From positions 698,801-762,800 of the forward strand of contig BOKX01000001.1 of NCBI GenBank assembly GCA_016861205.1: 64,000 nucleotides of DNA, in the 5' to 3' direction. The position numbers were made by a program, and so were the translations under genes. This stretch comes from Patescibacteria group bacterium. Lineage in GTDB: Bacteria > Patescibacteriota > Microgenomatia > UBA1400 > PJMF01. Below the pieces are notes generated by a model. The model saw only the letters and a list, made by a program, of their open reading frames with translations, did no database searches and was not told the origin of the DNA. Below, in pieces: positions 47,498-57,270 of the stretch (positions are counted from its first letter, which is position 1; each line of letters opens with the position of its first letter).

Positions 47498-48376
47498 TCA
47501 ACCCAGAGCCGAGCCGCCAGATTGATGAGACTGGGCGGCCTGACCAACTTGTTCGTCCACAATTCTCTTCAACTCAATCAATCGATCGCGCGCTTCACTC
47601 TGGACGAAGACGTCCAGCTGACTAGGTGAGGGCGTCAAAGGTAGCCCTGCCCAAATGCAGTTACCTACCACACACCCTTGGGCACCAGCCTCGAGCGCTT
47701 CTCGCAGAGCTTCTTTGGCTTGTGCGTAATCTGGCTGATCGAGACGGACTAGCCAAGGTTGATCAAGCTCAGCGGTTAGCGTGGCCGCTGTCAAAGCATC
47801 GGGCACCGAGTTGACTACCATCAATTGGCAAAAATCGCGCAGTTCCTGAACAGTCTCAATCAAAGCTTCAGCTCGGGAGCTATCTGCTTTGGCGGTACCA
47901 GCGGGTAGCTCGAGCAAAGAAACATCGAGCCACAAGTCAGCTTTGACGTAGGCTGCGTAGTCAGCCAACTCGGCTAGCATCTGTTTCTTGGGGAGGGCTT
48001 GAGCTTCACTGGGATGGTACCAAAGACCAACTTTGACCACACCATAGTTAGCTGCAATTTCTTCCACTCCCCAATCAGTTTGCAAAAATGGCGGTGAAAA
48101 TGGATCGCTCGCCTGATTTGACTCAAGTTTCAACGCTACCCCAACTTTTTTAGCTTTCTGGCTGATAAGCGGTAATCCAAACTCCGCCTCCAACACTAAA
48201 CCAGTAACCAGTGGTGACCACTGCTTAATCAGTCGAGTATAGAGTTGGGAAATGTTGGCCGCTTTGACTTGCGCGTCGGGACTCGTTTGACCACATCGTT
48301 CAGCCAGCCAGTCTGGTTGATCCAGGCTCAGCACACACCAGCCACCCTTAGGGTTTTGCAAAGTTGCAACTCGCAT
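47498..48376 (-). CDS. Divergent tagatose-bisphosphate aldolase (LacD)-like TIM barrel
   Basis: G...LSLDQ, E..FGLP, K..LWYHP, PW.V, GA.G..VG..IW. Confidence 0.65.
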   Translation of the reverse strand: MRVATLQNPKGGWCVLSLDQPDWLAERCGQTSPDAQVKAANISQLYTRLIKQWSPLVTGLVLEAEFGLPLISQKAKKVGVALKLESNQASDPFSPPFLQTDWGVEEIAANYGVVKVGLWYHPSEAQALPKKQMLAELADYAAYVKADLWLDVSLLELPAGTAKADSSRAEALIETVQELRDFCQLMVVNSVPDALTAATLTAELDQPWLVRLDQPDYAQAKEALREALEAGAQGCVVGNCIWAGLPLTPSPSQLDVFVQSEARDRLIELKRIVDEQVGQAAQSHQSGGSALG

Positions 48377-48437
48377 GCCCTAAGTATACTGGTTCGCTAC
48401 CCAGTTTCCAAAACTGGATCTAAGACTGAGATGATGC

Positions 48438-50834
48438 TTAGTCGTACTGTTGTTGAGGTCGCAAGCCACCAGGGCGAGCGCCACCTCGGCTAAAACCGCC
48501 GGAGCGACCACCTCGGTCACCCCCACGGCCGCCGCGGAAACCTCCGCGTCCACCCCGATCACCGCCGCGACCACCGCGGAAGCCTCCACGGCCACCACGA
48601 TCTCGATCGCCACCACGGTCTGAACGCTCACCAGTGCCGCCATTACCGCGTTGTTCACGGACCTGAGCTTCTTGCTCAGCGGTCAGCATGGAAAGTTTGA
48701 TTTTGCCGTCATCCTGGATGTCACTGACGCGAACGTGAACGACATCGCCGAGTTTAACGATCGTACTTGGGTCTTCGACGTACTCAGTCGACATGGCTGA
48801 GACGTGCACCAAACCGTCGCGGTTTGGCAAGAAGTTGACGAACGCGCCGTACTTTTCAATCCGAACCACCGTACCATCAAACTCGTCACCAATTTCGACC
48901 ACACGCATCATGCCTTGGATAAAGCTAACTGCTTTATCGATAGCGGCTTGATCAGGAGATGAAATATTGACCAAACCGAGGGTCTTGTCTTCATTCTCAT
49001 CAACGTCAACTTGAGCGCCGGTGTTCTCGATGATGCTCTTGATCATCTTGCCACCTGGACCAATCAACTCACCGATACGGTTGGCTGGGATGGTCAACTG
49101 CACAATCTTTGGAGCGAATGGTGACAGTTGGGTTCGAGTCTCACTGATGGCTTCCATCATTTTGCCCATGATGTGCATACGACCTTCTCGGGCCTGTGAC
49201 AAAGCTTGGGTCAAAACTTCAGAAGGCAAACCTTTCAGTTTGATGTCCATCTGCAAAGCGGTGACGCCATCTTTGGTACCAGCCACTTTGAAGTCCATAT
49301 CGCCGACATGGTCTTCCATGCCTTGAATGTCTGAAAGGACAACATACTTGCCCTTACCATCACTCATCAAGCCCATGGCGATACCGGCGACTGGAGCCTT
49401 GATTGGCACACCAGCGGCCATCAGAGACATGGTTGAACCACAAACTGAGGCCATCGAGGTTGAGCCGTTTGAACTCATGATCTCGGTCACCACATGAATG
49501 GTGTATGGGAACTCTTCCTGAGGAGGAATCATGGGCACTAAGGCGCGCTCAGCCAAGGCACCGTGACCAATTTCGCGGCGCTTGGGCGCTCCGAAACGGC
49601 CAGCTTCACCTGAAGCATAAGGTGGCATGTTGTAGTGATGAATGTAGTGGCGAACACTTTGGCCTTCCATGTCTTCGATGGTTTGACCCAGTGATGGGGC
49701 ACCCAACGTCGTAATGGTGACACCTTGGGTAGCACCACGTTTGAACATGGCTGAACCATGTGTGCGTGGAAACACGTCCACTTCACACCAAATGGGGCGA
49801 ATCTCGGTCACTTTGCGACCGTCTGGACGAATTCCTTCCTCAAGAATCATGTCGCGGGCAGTCTGCTTCATTAAGGCGTATAACCAGCCGCCAACTTGTT
49901 TGGCAGTGATCAGGTCAGCCGCATCTTCAGCTTTGCCAGCGTTCATTTCACTCACGATCTGCTCGATCAGTTCGCTCTTGTTGGTTGGCAACAGCTTACC
50001 TTCGAGTTGGACCAGTTCACGGATTTGGTCGAGGTAGCGTTTACCAACTTCAGCTTGCAACGCAGCGTCAGCATCGGCAGCAGCTTGTTGTTCTGGGGTT
50101 AAGACGTTACCCAAAGCCAGTTTTTCGCGACCGGCTTCTTCACCAATTTTGACGATTTGTTGGCACATTTGGCCAAGTTGCTCTTGAGCTAAGCGGAAAG
50201 CTTCGATCAAAACATCTTCTGAAACTTCCTTAGCACCTGCCTCAACCATCACGATTGAGTCACCACTACCTGACACCACTAAGTCGAGGTCAGCGGTAGC
50301 TGTCTCAGCAATAGTGGGGTTGAACAGGTACTCGCCGGTACTCTTGTGGTAGCCGACGCGCAAACCAGCCACTGGCCCATCAAATGGGATAGCTGAAACT
50401 TGCAGTGCGACTGCAGTACCAACCAACGCCACCATGTCGGCATCGTTCTCTTTGTCGAACGAAAACACAGTGTTGATGATCTGAACTTCGTTACGAATGC
50501 CCTCTGGGAAGAGTGGGCGCATGGTTCGGTCGATTACCCGACCTTTTAAGATCGCGTCATCGGTCGGCCGACCATCACGTTTCACCCATTGGGAACCTTT
50601 GATGATGCCACCAGCGAACAGCTTCTCAGCAAACTCGACTGACAATGGGAAGTAACCCAGGTCAACTTCGCGACCAAGGGCAACAGTGGTGTGAACCACG
50701 GTTTCGCCACAACTGGCCAAGACGGCCGCCGTGACTTGCTCGGAAAATTTTCCGATCTCAATTTTTATAACCTTCTCACCCACCTTGATTTCAGTTTGGT
50801 AGGTTTGTAAGTAATTTGGATACGACATATCCAA
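48438..50834 (-). CDS. pnp: Polyribonucleotide nucleotidyltransferase
   Basis: RREIGHG, SSNGSTSMAS, DMDFKVAG, KH and S1 domains. Confidence 0.97.
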   Translation of the reverse strand: MDMSYPNYLQTYQTEIKVGEKVIKIEIGKFSEQVTAAVLASCGETVVHTTVALGREVDLGYFPLSVEFAEKLFAGGIIKGSQWVKRDGRPTDDAILKGRVIDRTMRPLFPEGIRNEVQIINTVFSFDKENDADMVALVGTAVALQVSAIPFDGPVAGLRVGYHKSTGEYLFNPTIAETATADLDLVVSGSGDSIVMVEAGAKEVSEDVLIEAFRLAQEQLGQMCQQIVKIGEEAGREKLALGNVLTPEQQAAADADAALQAEVGKRYLDQIRELVQLEGKLLPTNKSELIEQIVSEMNAGKAEDAADLITAKQVGGWLYALMKQTARDMILEEGIRPDGRKVTEIRPIWCEVDVFPRTHGSAMFKRGATQGVTITTLGAPSLGQTIEDMEGQSVRHYIHHYNMPPYASGEAGRFGAPKRREIGHGALAERALVPMIPPQEEFPYTIHVVTEIMSSNGSTSMASVCGSTMSLMAAGVPIKAPVAGIAMGLMSDGKGKYVVLSDIQGMEDHVGDMDFKVAGTKDGVTALQMDIKLKGLPSEVLTQALSQAREGRMHIMGKMMEAISETRTQLSPFAPKIVQLTIPANRIGELIGPGGKMIKSIIENTGAQVDVDENEDKTLGLVNISSPDQAAIDKAVSFIQGMMRVVEIGDEFDGTVVRIEKYGAFVNFLPNRDGLVHVSAMSTEYVEDPSTIVKLGDVVHVRVSDIQDDGKIKLSMLTAEQEAQVREQRGNGGTGERSDRGGDRDRGGRGGFRGGRGGDRGGRGGFRGGRGGDRGGRSGGFSRGGARPGGLRPQQQYD
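48478..48620 (-). repeat. Imperfect coding repeats encoding the RGG-rich tail of PNPase
   Basis: RGGRGGFRGGRGGD repeated. Confidence 0.8.
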
Positions 50835-51003
50835 CCTTTCTTAGTGTGAGCTTGAGTTTCCGGAGAGAGTATTCTGGAGAAAAGACAAAACTAACGGTGT
50901 TTGTCGCCTCTCTTGAATCCTCGCTCGCCAGGGGACTCAGCTCTAAGTATTACTGTAAATTATATCACGATTGGTGTTTGACGAACCGAACTCGGACCGG
51001 CAG

Positions 51004-51552
51004 TTACTCTTCGGTAGAGTCAGGGTCACCAGCTTGGGGCTCGATCTCCGCAGTCAGATCTAGAGACTCAATGAACTGGCGGGCTCCAACAGCCACATCT
51101 TTGTCGGAACTACCTCGCTTAGACCCAATCTGCAGCTTCATGGTGTCAACCTTACGGCCAATGGCAGCTGGATTAGCGCTAGCTAGCTTTAAAATTTGCT
51201 TGGCGGCGAGAATGCCTCGAGCTCGCTCGAGCAATGTTTGCAGCTGTTCAGCAGTGGTCGCCACTCGCAGCTCTGATCTAACTCGTTGAGTAGCAGTTTT
51301 CTCAAAGTGGTCCACGCGCGCATCCGTCAGTAAATCTGGTTGAGTCGCTTCAAGTTGCTTGGCTTTGCGGGCCATAACTTCCAACATCCCGATGTAGAGT
51401 TCATCGTCGCCACCAGTTAAACTCCAGATGACGTTGGCTCGCTCTTGGAGATCGAGCAGTACTTCGGTTACACCGAGTTGCTCGGCTTTATCCAAGATTT
51501 CTTGTTCCAACTGAGACAGTGGATAACGATCTGGGTTAACGGGCATAGGCAC
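51004..51552 (-). CDS. Hypothetical helical protein between rpsO and pnp
   Basis: 182-aa ORF, no motif recognised. Confidence 0.65.
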   Translation of the reverse strand: MPMPVNPDRYPLSQLEQEILDKAEQLGVTEVLLDLQERANVIWSLTGGDDELYIGMLEVMARKAKQLEATQPDLLTDARVDHFEKTATQRVRSELRVATTAEQLQTLLERARGILAAKQILKLASANPAAIGRKVDTMKLQIGSKRGSSDKDVAVGARQFIESLDLTAEIEPQAGDPDSTEE

Positions 51553-51580
51553 TTTCGTGGGTAACTACTACTTGGGTAGT

Positions 51581-51850
51581 TTACTTACTCAAACCAAGTC
51601 GTTCGATCAACTTGCGGTAGCGATCCTCACTCTTCTCGAGCAAGAACTTCAGCAAGCGGCGACGCTTGGAAACTTGTTTCAACAGACCACGGCGAGAGTG
51701 ATTGTCTTTTTTGTGTTGCTTCAAGTGATCGGTCAACTCTTTGATTGACTCGGTCAGCAAAGCAATCTGGACTTCTGGAGAACCAGTATCGCCCTCAAAC
51801 AGAGCGAAGTCTTTAATGATTTGTAGTTTTTGGGCTTTAGTGAGCGCCAT
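51581..51850 (-). CDS. rpsO: 30S ribosomal protein S15
   Basis: [24 protein letters not shown]. Confidence 0.97.
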   Translation of the reverse strand: MALTKAQKLQIIKDFALFEGDTGSPEVQIALLTESIKELTDHLKQHKKDNHSRRGLLKQVSKRRRLLKFLLEKSEDRYRKLIERLGLSK

Positions 51851-51910
51851 ATGGTATCCCTCCTCTTGGAGAACCCTGCATAGGTGGGAATTGCTCTCAC
51901 CTACCAAGTG
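51851..51910 (-). promoter_or_regulatory. Structured rpsO leader
   Basis: UAGGUGAGA/UCCCACCUA hairpin then CUCC-AAGA-GGAG hairpin covering the SD. Confidence 0.5.
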
Positions 51911-51967
51911 ACCACTTTATACTAACCTGGATTATACCATGACTTGAGTATTTCTGATACAGTCTTG

Positions 51968-52023
51968 TTCTTGAATGGTTTTGTTAGCTGCTAAGAAGGC
52001 ATCAAAAAAAAACCATTCAAGAA
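51968..52023. repeat. 15-bp perfect inverted repeat downstream of infB
   Basis: TTCTTGAATGGTTTT ... AAAACCATTCAAGAA. Confidence 0.75.
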
Positions 52024-52078
52024 ACTCGATCAGGTGCAGCAACTTAAAAAAGTGGAACAGTTAAGCGTCGTGCGAAAC

Positions 52079-53545
52079 TTACGCTTCGTCGTCTTCAAGG
52101 TGATAGGCAATTAGCTTGTCGCCAATTTGGAATTGAAGATTCTTTTGACGGAAAGTAATACCACACTCAGACTTAGCCTTGGCAGAGTCAACTTCTTGTT
52201 TGCCGTGCATCATCAGCTTGATTTGAGGATCAGCGATAGTGTCTTCACCGCGTTTCAGGTGGTACTTGTCACTTTTCTTGAGTTCACCAGTTTTGACTCG
52301 GCAGCCAGCAATTCGCTCGCCGCGCATCTCAAAAATTTGAATGATCTCAGCTTCACCAGTGACTACTTCATCAATACCAGGCTCCATGAGTTTCAGCATC
52401 TGTTTTTGTAACTCTTCGATAAGGTGATAGATCACCTCATAACTCTTGATCTTAACGCCAAGAGTTTTGGCTTGTTCCTTGAGGTTTTTGGCTACTTTGA
52501 CACGGAAAGCTAGGATCACAGCCCCACTGGTGTTGGCTAGTTCCAGCTCACTGTCGGTAACTGGACCTAAGCCCGAAGCCAGCAGCTCGGTACTTTCCGA
52601 GTCGAGATTGGCTAAGATGGCTTCCAAGGTACCTTGGACATCGGCTTTGATAATCAACTTCAACTTAGGCTTGGTGTTGAACCAGTCAAAATCAACTCTG
52701 GCACTCCCCACACCTGGCTCAACGGCCTCAGTGGCGGCTACTTCGTCTTCACTCGGCATGTTCGCCGTATCAAAAACTCGACTTCCCACGGCTGGCACGT
52801 CCTCAAAACCAATGATTTCGGCTGGGCAACCTGGCAAAACTTCGGTTAGAGACTGACCATTTTCATCACTCAGCAACTTCACTCGACCGCCGACGTCATC
52901 AGCGATGATGTCTTGGCGAACTTTGAGTGTGCCTTGTTGCACAATCACAGTTGCGACCGCGCCTCGGCGAGGGTCTTTGGTTGACTCGATCACCACGGCT
53001 TGGAGCGGGGCTTCTGGATCGGCTTGGTAGTTGTTTAACTCAGCCATGGTCACCAGCGTGTCGAGCAATGTGTCGACACCTTTGCCAGTTTTGGCAGAGA
53101 CTTCGATGGCATCCACACTGCCACCGTACCCATGCACCAAAATGCCGTGTTCAGCCAACTGGCTCTTAGCCACGTCTGGATACACGTTTGGCAAGTCGGC
53201 TTTGGTGATGGCCACTACTAAGCTAACGTTGGCAGCTTGAATATGGCGAATTGACTCGAGAGTCTGTGGCTTCACCCCGTCATCTGCCGCGACCACCAAC
53301 ACCACAATGTCGGTCGTCTTGGCCCCACGCTCCCGCATCTTATTGAAAGCTGCGTGACCTGGGGTGTCAATGAACGTCAGTTTTTTGCCTTGAAACTCGA
53401 TCTGGTATGCACCGATGTGTTGGGTAATGCCACCAGACTCACGACCAGCCACGTTGCTCTTACGAATGTGATCAAGCAACGTCGTTTTACCATGGTCGAC
53501 ATGACCCATGATAGTAATGACTGGTGGTCGGTGCATTAAAGCCAT
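52079..53545 (-). CDS. infB: Translation initiation factor IF-2 (short form, starts at the G domain)
   Basis: [29 protein letters not shown]. Confidence 0.96.
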   Translation of the reverse strand: MALMHRPPVITIMGHVDHGKTTLLDHIRKSNVAGRESGGITQHIGAYQIEFQGKKLTFIDTPGHAAFNKMRERGAKTTDIVVLVVAADDGVKPQTLESIRHIQAANVSLVVAITKADLPNVYPDVAKSQLAEHGILVHGYGGSVDAIEVSAKTGKGVDTLLDTLVTMAELNNYQADPEAPLQAVVIESTKDPRRGAVATVIVQQGTLKVRQDIIADDVGGRVKLLSDENGQSLTEVLPGCPAEIIGFEDVPAVGSRVFDTANMPSEDEVAATEAVEPGVGSARVDFDWFNTKPKLKLIIKADVQGTLEAILANLDSESTELLASGLGPVTDSELELANTSGAVILAFRVKVAKNLKEQAKTLGVKIKSYEVIYHLIEELQKQMLKLMEPGIDEVVTGEAEIIQIFEMRGERIAGCRVKTGELKKSDKYHLKRGEDTIADPQIKLMMHGKQEVDSAKAKSECGITFRQKNLQFQIGDKLIAYHLEDDEA

Positions 53546-53546
53546 A

Positions 53547-54818
53547 TTAGTTCGATTCAATTGGCGCTTGAGCAGCGGCGGCTCGAGCTGCCTCTTCTGC
53601 TTCAAACTCGACTACTTTAGCAGCTAAGATACTCTTTTGAGCTTCGTCAACTTCACTTAAGTTCTGCCACTTGTCTCGGAAGCGGGCCAAGTCGGCTACA
53701 GTGGTCAACTTGAACTGGATCAACGCTTCGCGAGTCTCTGGAGCCAAACCTTTGAAGGTATCAATTTCGTACTCTTCTTGACCTGTCACCATTGATTGCA
53801 CATCACCGGCAGCTGACTTGATGGTAATCTTCCAGCCAGTCAGTTTAGCAGCTAACCGTACGTTCTGACCACCTCGACCGATAGCCAATGAGAGTTGGTC
53901 ATCAGGCACAATGATAGTGGCCAAACTTTTAGCTTGGTCGAGCTCGATCTTGAGGTTCTCAGCAGGAGCCAAAGCACCTTGTAACAAGGTGACGGGACTG
54001 TCAGAGTGAGGAATAATATCGATTTTCTCGTTGTTGAGCTCTTTGATGACTTCTTGCACCCGCACGCCACGTTGACCAACACATGAGCCAACTGGATCAA
54101 CACCTTCTTGGGTTGACTTGACGGCTAACTTGGTGCGAACACCGGCCTCTCGAGCTAAGTTAACAATTTCCACGGCACCTGAAGCCACTTCTGGCACTTC
54201 TCGCTCGAAGAGCTTGGCGACCAGTTGCTTGTCGGCGCGAGACACGATGATCAGTCGACCTCGATGAGTCTCACGGATTTCTTTGATCAGAACAGTGATC
54301 CGGGCGTTCATCTTGTAGAACTCACCACGCATCTGCTCCTCGGGAGGCATGTACCCTTGGCCACGGCCAATGTCCACCACCACCATGCGACCATCCATGC
54401 GTAAAACTTGGCCGGTCACAATCTCACCAATTTTGTCGGTGTAGTCAGACAAAACCTGGTTCTTCTCGGCTTCACGAATTTTCTGCAAAATAACCTGCTT
54501 GGCAGTCTGGGCGGCAATCCGACCAAAGCCAGCTGGTGTCACATCTTGAGCTTTGCTCTCATCCCACTCGGTGGCTTCACCCGTTTCTGGGTCGCTAGCC
54601 AAGACTGGGGCTTTCAAAATTTGAGCTTCACCAGTTTGCTCGTTTAGCCGAGCAAAGTAGTGCATGGTCTCTTCGAGATCACCCATTTGTTTGCGATATG
54701 CTGATACTAAAGCCTGGCGAATACCTTCAAAAATGGCTTCAGCAGGGATTTTGCGCTCTGAGACAATTTGGGCGATAGCGGCCGCGAACTCGGTGCGCGC
54801 AGTGGTGTTGGTTTGCAT
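53547..54818 (-). CDS. nusA: Transcription factor NusA
   Basis: FGRIAAQTAKQVI, AREAG.RTK, LAIGRGGQNVRLA. Confidence 0.97.
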   Translation of the reverse strand: MQTNTTARTEFAAAIAQIVSERKIPAEAIFEGIRQALVSAYRKQMGDLEETMHYFARLNEQTGEAQILKAPVLASDPETGEATEWDESKAQDVTPAGFGRIAAQTAKQVILQKIREAEKNQVLSDYTDKIGEIVTGQVLRMDGRMVVVDIGRGQGYMPPEEQMRGEFYKMNARITVLIKEIRETHRGRLIIVSRADKQLVAKLFEREVPEVASGAVEIVNLAREAGVRTKLAVKSTQEGVDPVGSCVGQRGVRVQEVIKELNNEKIDIIPHSDSPVTLLQGALAPAENLKIELDQAKSLATIIVPDDQLSLAIGRGGQNVRLAAKLTGWKITIKSAAGDVQSMVTGQEEYEIDTFKGLAPETREALIQFKLTTVADLARFRDKWQNLSEVDEAQKSILAAKVVEFEAEEAARAAAAQAPIESN

Positions 54819-54942
54819 AATGGTCCTTCAACAATACTTGTTGATGAATACTCAAATTACTGGTGGGCTGTGTTACAAAAAAAGGACTTGCATACTCGCC
54901 GTCCTTCCCACATACCAGGTTTATTATACCAGAAGTCTGGAG

Positions 54943-55617
54943 TTAAACAAGGTCGCCAGTAACCGTAGTCGGTTGGGCTGCCAACCACTTCTCGATGTGA
55001 TCCTGAAAGAGGTCCATGTCCAATTTAAAGCCGTCACTGCGCCGTGTCAGCAGAGACACATGTCCCAATTCAGGAACTAACTCATTCAGTCGTTTTCGAA
55101 CAGTATGAATTTGTTGGCGAATCAGATTGTTGGCATCATGCTCTGAGTATGTCTCGTAACCTAGAGCTTGAACGAACTCATCTTTCGTCACGAACCTATC
55201 GTGTTGACTTGCTTTAAGCAGCAACTTCAAGACAGTCGTCGGCAGCTTGGCTAACTGGACCACAGATATCGCTTCTGCTTCTCGCATAACACTGAGTTCA
55301 GCTGTATTACTTAGTGATATCTTCAAGTTGCCCATCACGATAACTTCTTCTTTATGTGCTAAAGAAGCCTCCGGTTGATGGGTTGGGATACCTACCAAAA
55401 TTTGGTTGATAGCGTGTTTGAGCGCCACTGGGTCAATGCGGTTTAAACCTTCCGACCTACCAGCCAGCATCTCGAGATACACCCGACCAATGGCTGTTAG
55501 CTCATGATAGCCGTGTACATCTCGTAATGAGGCGTACGACGCAACTTGCTCAAACAGAAATTTTAACAAGACCTCGATCAGGTGTGACTCTTGGTGTAAA
55601 CCATTTTCTTTTGCCAT
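54943..55617 (-). CDS. Protein with C-terminal OmpR-type winged helix (paralog 2)
   Basis: VTKDE...IRQQIHTVRKRL...LLTRRSDGFKL. Confidence 0.7.
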   Translation of the reverse strand: MAKENGLHQESHLIEVLLKFLFEQVASYASLRDVHGYHELTAIGRVYLEMLAGRSEGLNRIDPVALKHAINQILVGIPTHQPEASLAHKEEVIVMGNLKISLSNTAELSVMREAEAISVVQLAKLPTTVLKLLLKASQHDRFVTKDEFVQALGYETYSEHDANNLIRQQIHTVRKRLNELVPELGHVSLLTRRSDGFKLDMDLFQDHIEKWLAAQPTTVTGDLV

Positions 55618-55628
55618 AGTGGCGCCAG

Positions 55629-55656
55629 ATTATAGCGAACTCGACCTAGTTGTCAA
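55629..55656 (-). promoter_or_regulatory. Promoter TTGACA-16-TATAAT
   Basis: Both hexamers are consensus. Confidence 0.8.
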
Positions 55657-55673
55657 AAGTTACTATTCTGGAC

Positions 55674-56333
55674 TCACTGGGAGTGCAACCAAGCACGAAG
55701 ATGACTTTCAATCCCGGGTATATTGAGGGCGTAACCTTCCCCACGGATCGTCACTATTCCCACGTCACCCAAACCTGGTACCAGTTCATTCAGATTATCC
55801 TTGAGGGTATACAACCGTTGCCGGACACTATTGTGAGCCGAGCTAAATGGTATGTTTTCTAAACCCAACAGCTCGATCAGTTTTTCCCGACTGGCAAAGT
55901 TTTTTTTGGCTTGAAGCAACTCAGCCATAACCAAAGTGGATAAGGGAGTTAACCTGCATGACACCCGCTCAGCAGCGGTGTCGTCGACAACAAACAATTC
56001 CAATGTCTCGCTCAATCGCACAATCTTGAGGGGACCAAAGCTGTAGTTATAGGATCGACCAATCATCTCTGGAGTTACCGTTTGTCGCTCCCAAACAGCT
56101 GCCACCAACTGACGCAACTCTGCCTCATAGTTGGCCATAGCTGGTAAAAATGGCTCGAGTACCTTGAGGTAATATCGCGCAAAAGTCTCAGCATCGGCCT
56201 GAGCAATGTGGTCTGGCAGTGGTATATGTGCGCTCACAAACTCAAATACACGAGTTAGGAGTTCTTCGAGGAATGTGGTCTCGTCGGCTGGTTGAACTTC
56301 AGACTTTTCAGCTGTTTCGCGTGGTTTTGGCAT
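55674..56333 (-). CDS. Protein with C-terminal OmpR-type winged helix (paralog 1)
   Basis: LTP...SREKL...VRQRLYTLKDNL...IVTIRGEGYAL. Confidence 0.75.
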   Translation of the reverse strand: MPKPRETAEKSEVQPADETTFLEELLTRVFEFVSAHIPLPDHIAQADAETFARYYLKVLEPFLPAMANYEAELRQLVAAVWERQTVTPEMIGRSYNYSFGPLKIVRLSETLELFVVDDTAAERVSCRLTPLSTLVMAELLQAKKNFASREKLIELLGLENIPFSSAHNSVRQRLYTLKDNLNELVPGLGDVGIVTIRGEGYALNIPGIESHLRAWLHSQ

Positions 56334-56346
56334 AGTTTCGTCGCCG

Positions 56347-56374
56347 ATTATAGTCGACAACGATTACTTGTCAA
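56347..56374 (-). promoter_or_regulatory. Promoter TTGACA-16-TATAAT overlapping the dnaJ 3' end
   Basis: Both hexamers are consensus. Confidence 0.75.
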
Positions 56375-57224
56375 AAGTTTGGGCTAAAGACTCAAAAAGT
56401 TGTTTTTGTTCTCGAGTCAGTTTTTCAGGGATAGCAACAATCAATCGCACGTACAGGTCGCCCTTGCCCTTGGACTGGAGGCGCGGCGCTCCAGCTTCAC
56501 GCAGTCGCACCAGGGTATGGGATTGGGTACCTGGTCGAACTTTCATGGTCAGTGGCTCATCAACCGTTGGGACTTCAACTGTGCCGCCCAAAGCTGCCGT
56601 TGCCACTGAAATGTGTTGATCAATAAACAAATCGGCGCCTTCCCGCTTGAATCTAGAATGTGGTTTGACATCGATAGTCACTTCGAAAGTGTCAAAGCGC
56701 AGGCGGGTGCCGTCGTTAGCACCAGGCGGTACTTTGATGGTGTGCTGTTTGCCATCGATCGTAACTTGCTTTTCAACACCTTTGATGGCTTCCATGAACT
56801 CGACACTCAGCGAGTAACGTGGCCGACGCTGTCCACCAAAACCACCTCCGAAAATACTCTCAAAAATTTCAAATGGATCACCAAAGTCAGCCCCCTCAAA
56901 TGGATTGGCGCCACCTGTGGTGTACGTCCACGTAAACGGTCCACCAGTCCGGAAGCCGCCGGCAAACGGGTTGCCGCCCATACCTGCGCCTGAAGCTGGA
57001 TCAAAGGCCGCATGACCAAACTGGTCGTAGGCCTGCCGCTTCTGCGGGTCAGACAAGATCTGGTAGGCTTCGTTGATTTCTTTGAAGGTTTGTTCGGCGT
57101 CATCAGCCTTGTTTTTGTCAGGATGATACTTTAGCGCCAACTTGCGGTAAGCAGTCTTTAGTTCTGTTGGCGTGGCAGTTTTGGCAACGCCCAACACTTC
57201 ATAGTAATCGCGTTTGGTTGGCAT
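56364..57224 (-). CDS. dnaJ: DnaJ-family co-chaperone without zinc finger (class B/CbpA-like)
   Basis: [13 protein letters not shown] region, no CxxCxGxG repeats. Confidence 0.88.
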   Translation of the reverse strand: MPTKRDYYEVLGVAKTATPTELKTAYRKLALKYHPDKNKADDAEQTFKEINEAYQILSDPQKRQAYDQFGHAAFDPASGAGMGGNPFAGGFRTGGPFTWTYTTGGANPFEGADFGDPFEIFESIFGGGFGGQRRPRYSLSVEFMEAIKGVEKQVTIDGKQHTIKVPPGANDGTRLRFDTFEVTIDVKPHSRFKREGADLFIDQHISVATAALGGTVEVPTVDEPLTMKVRPGTQSHTLVRLREAGAPRLQSKGKGDLYVRLIVAIPEKLTREQKQLFESLAQTFDK

Positions 57225-57270
57225 AGGTCAGATCCTGATTTTAGCAAGTTTCGTGATAAATGTTAAGCAC

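Noticed and set aside
48380-48658. 92-aa Ala/Val-rich ORF or repeat array/CRISPR
   Set aside because: Alternative-frame shadow of the PNPase RGG repeats; no spacer-repeat structure and no cas genes in the window
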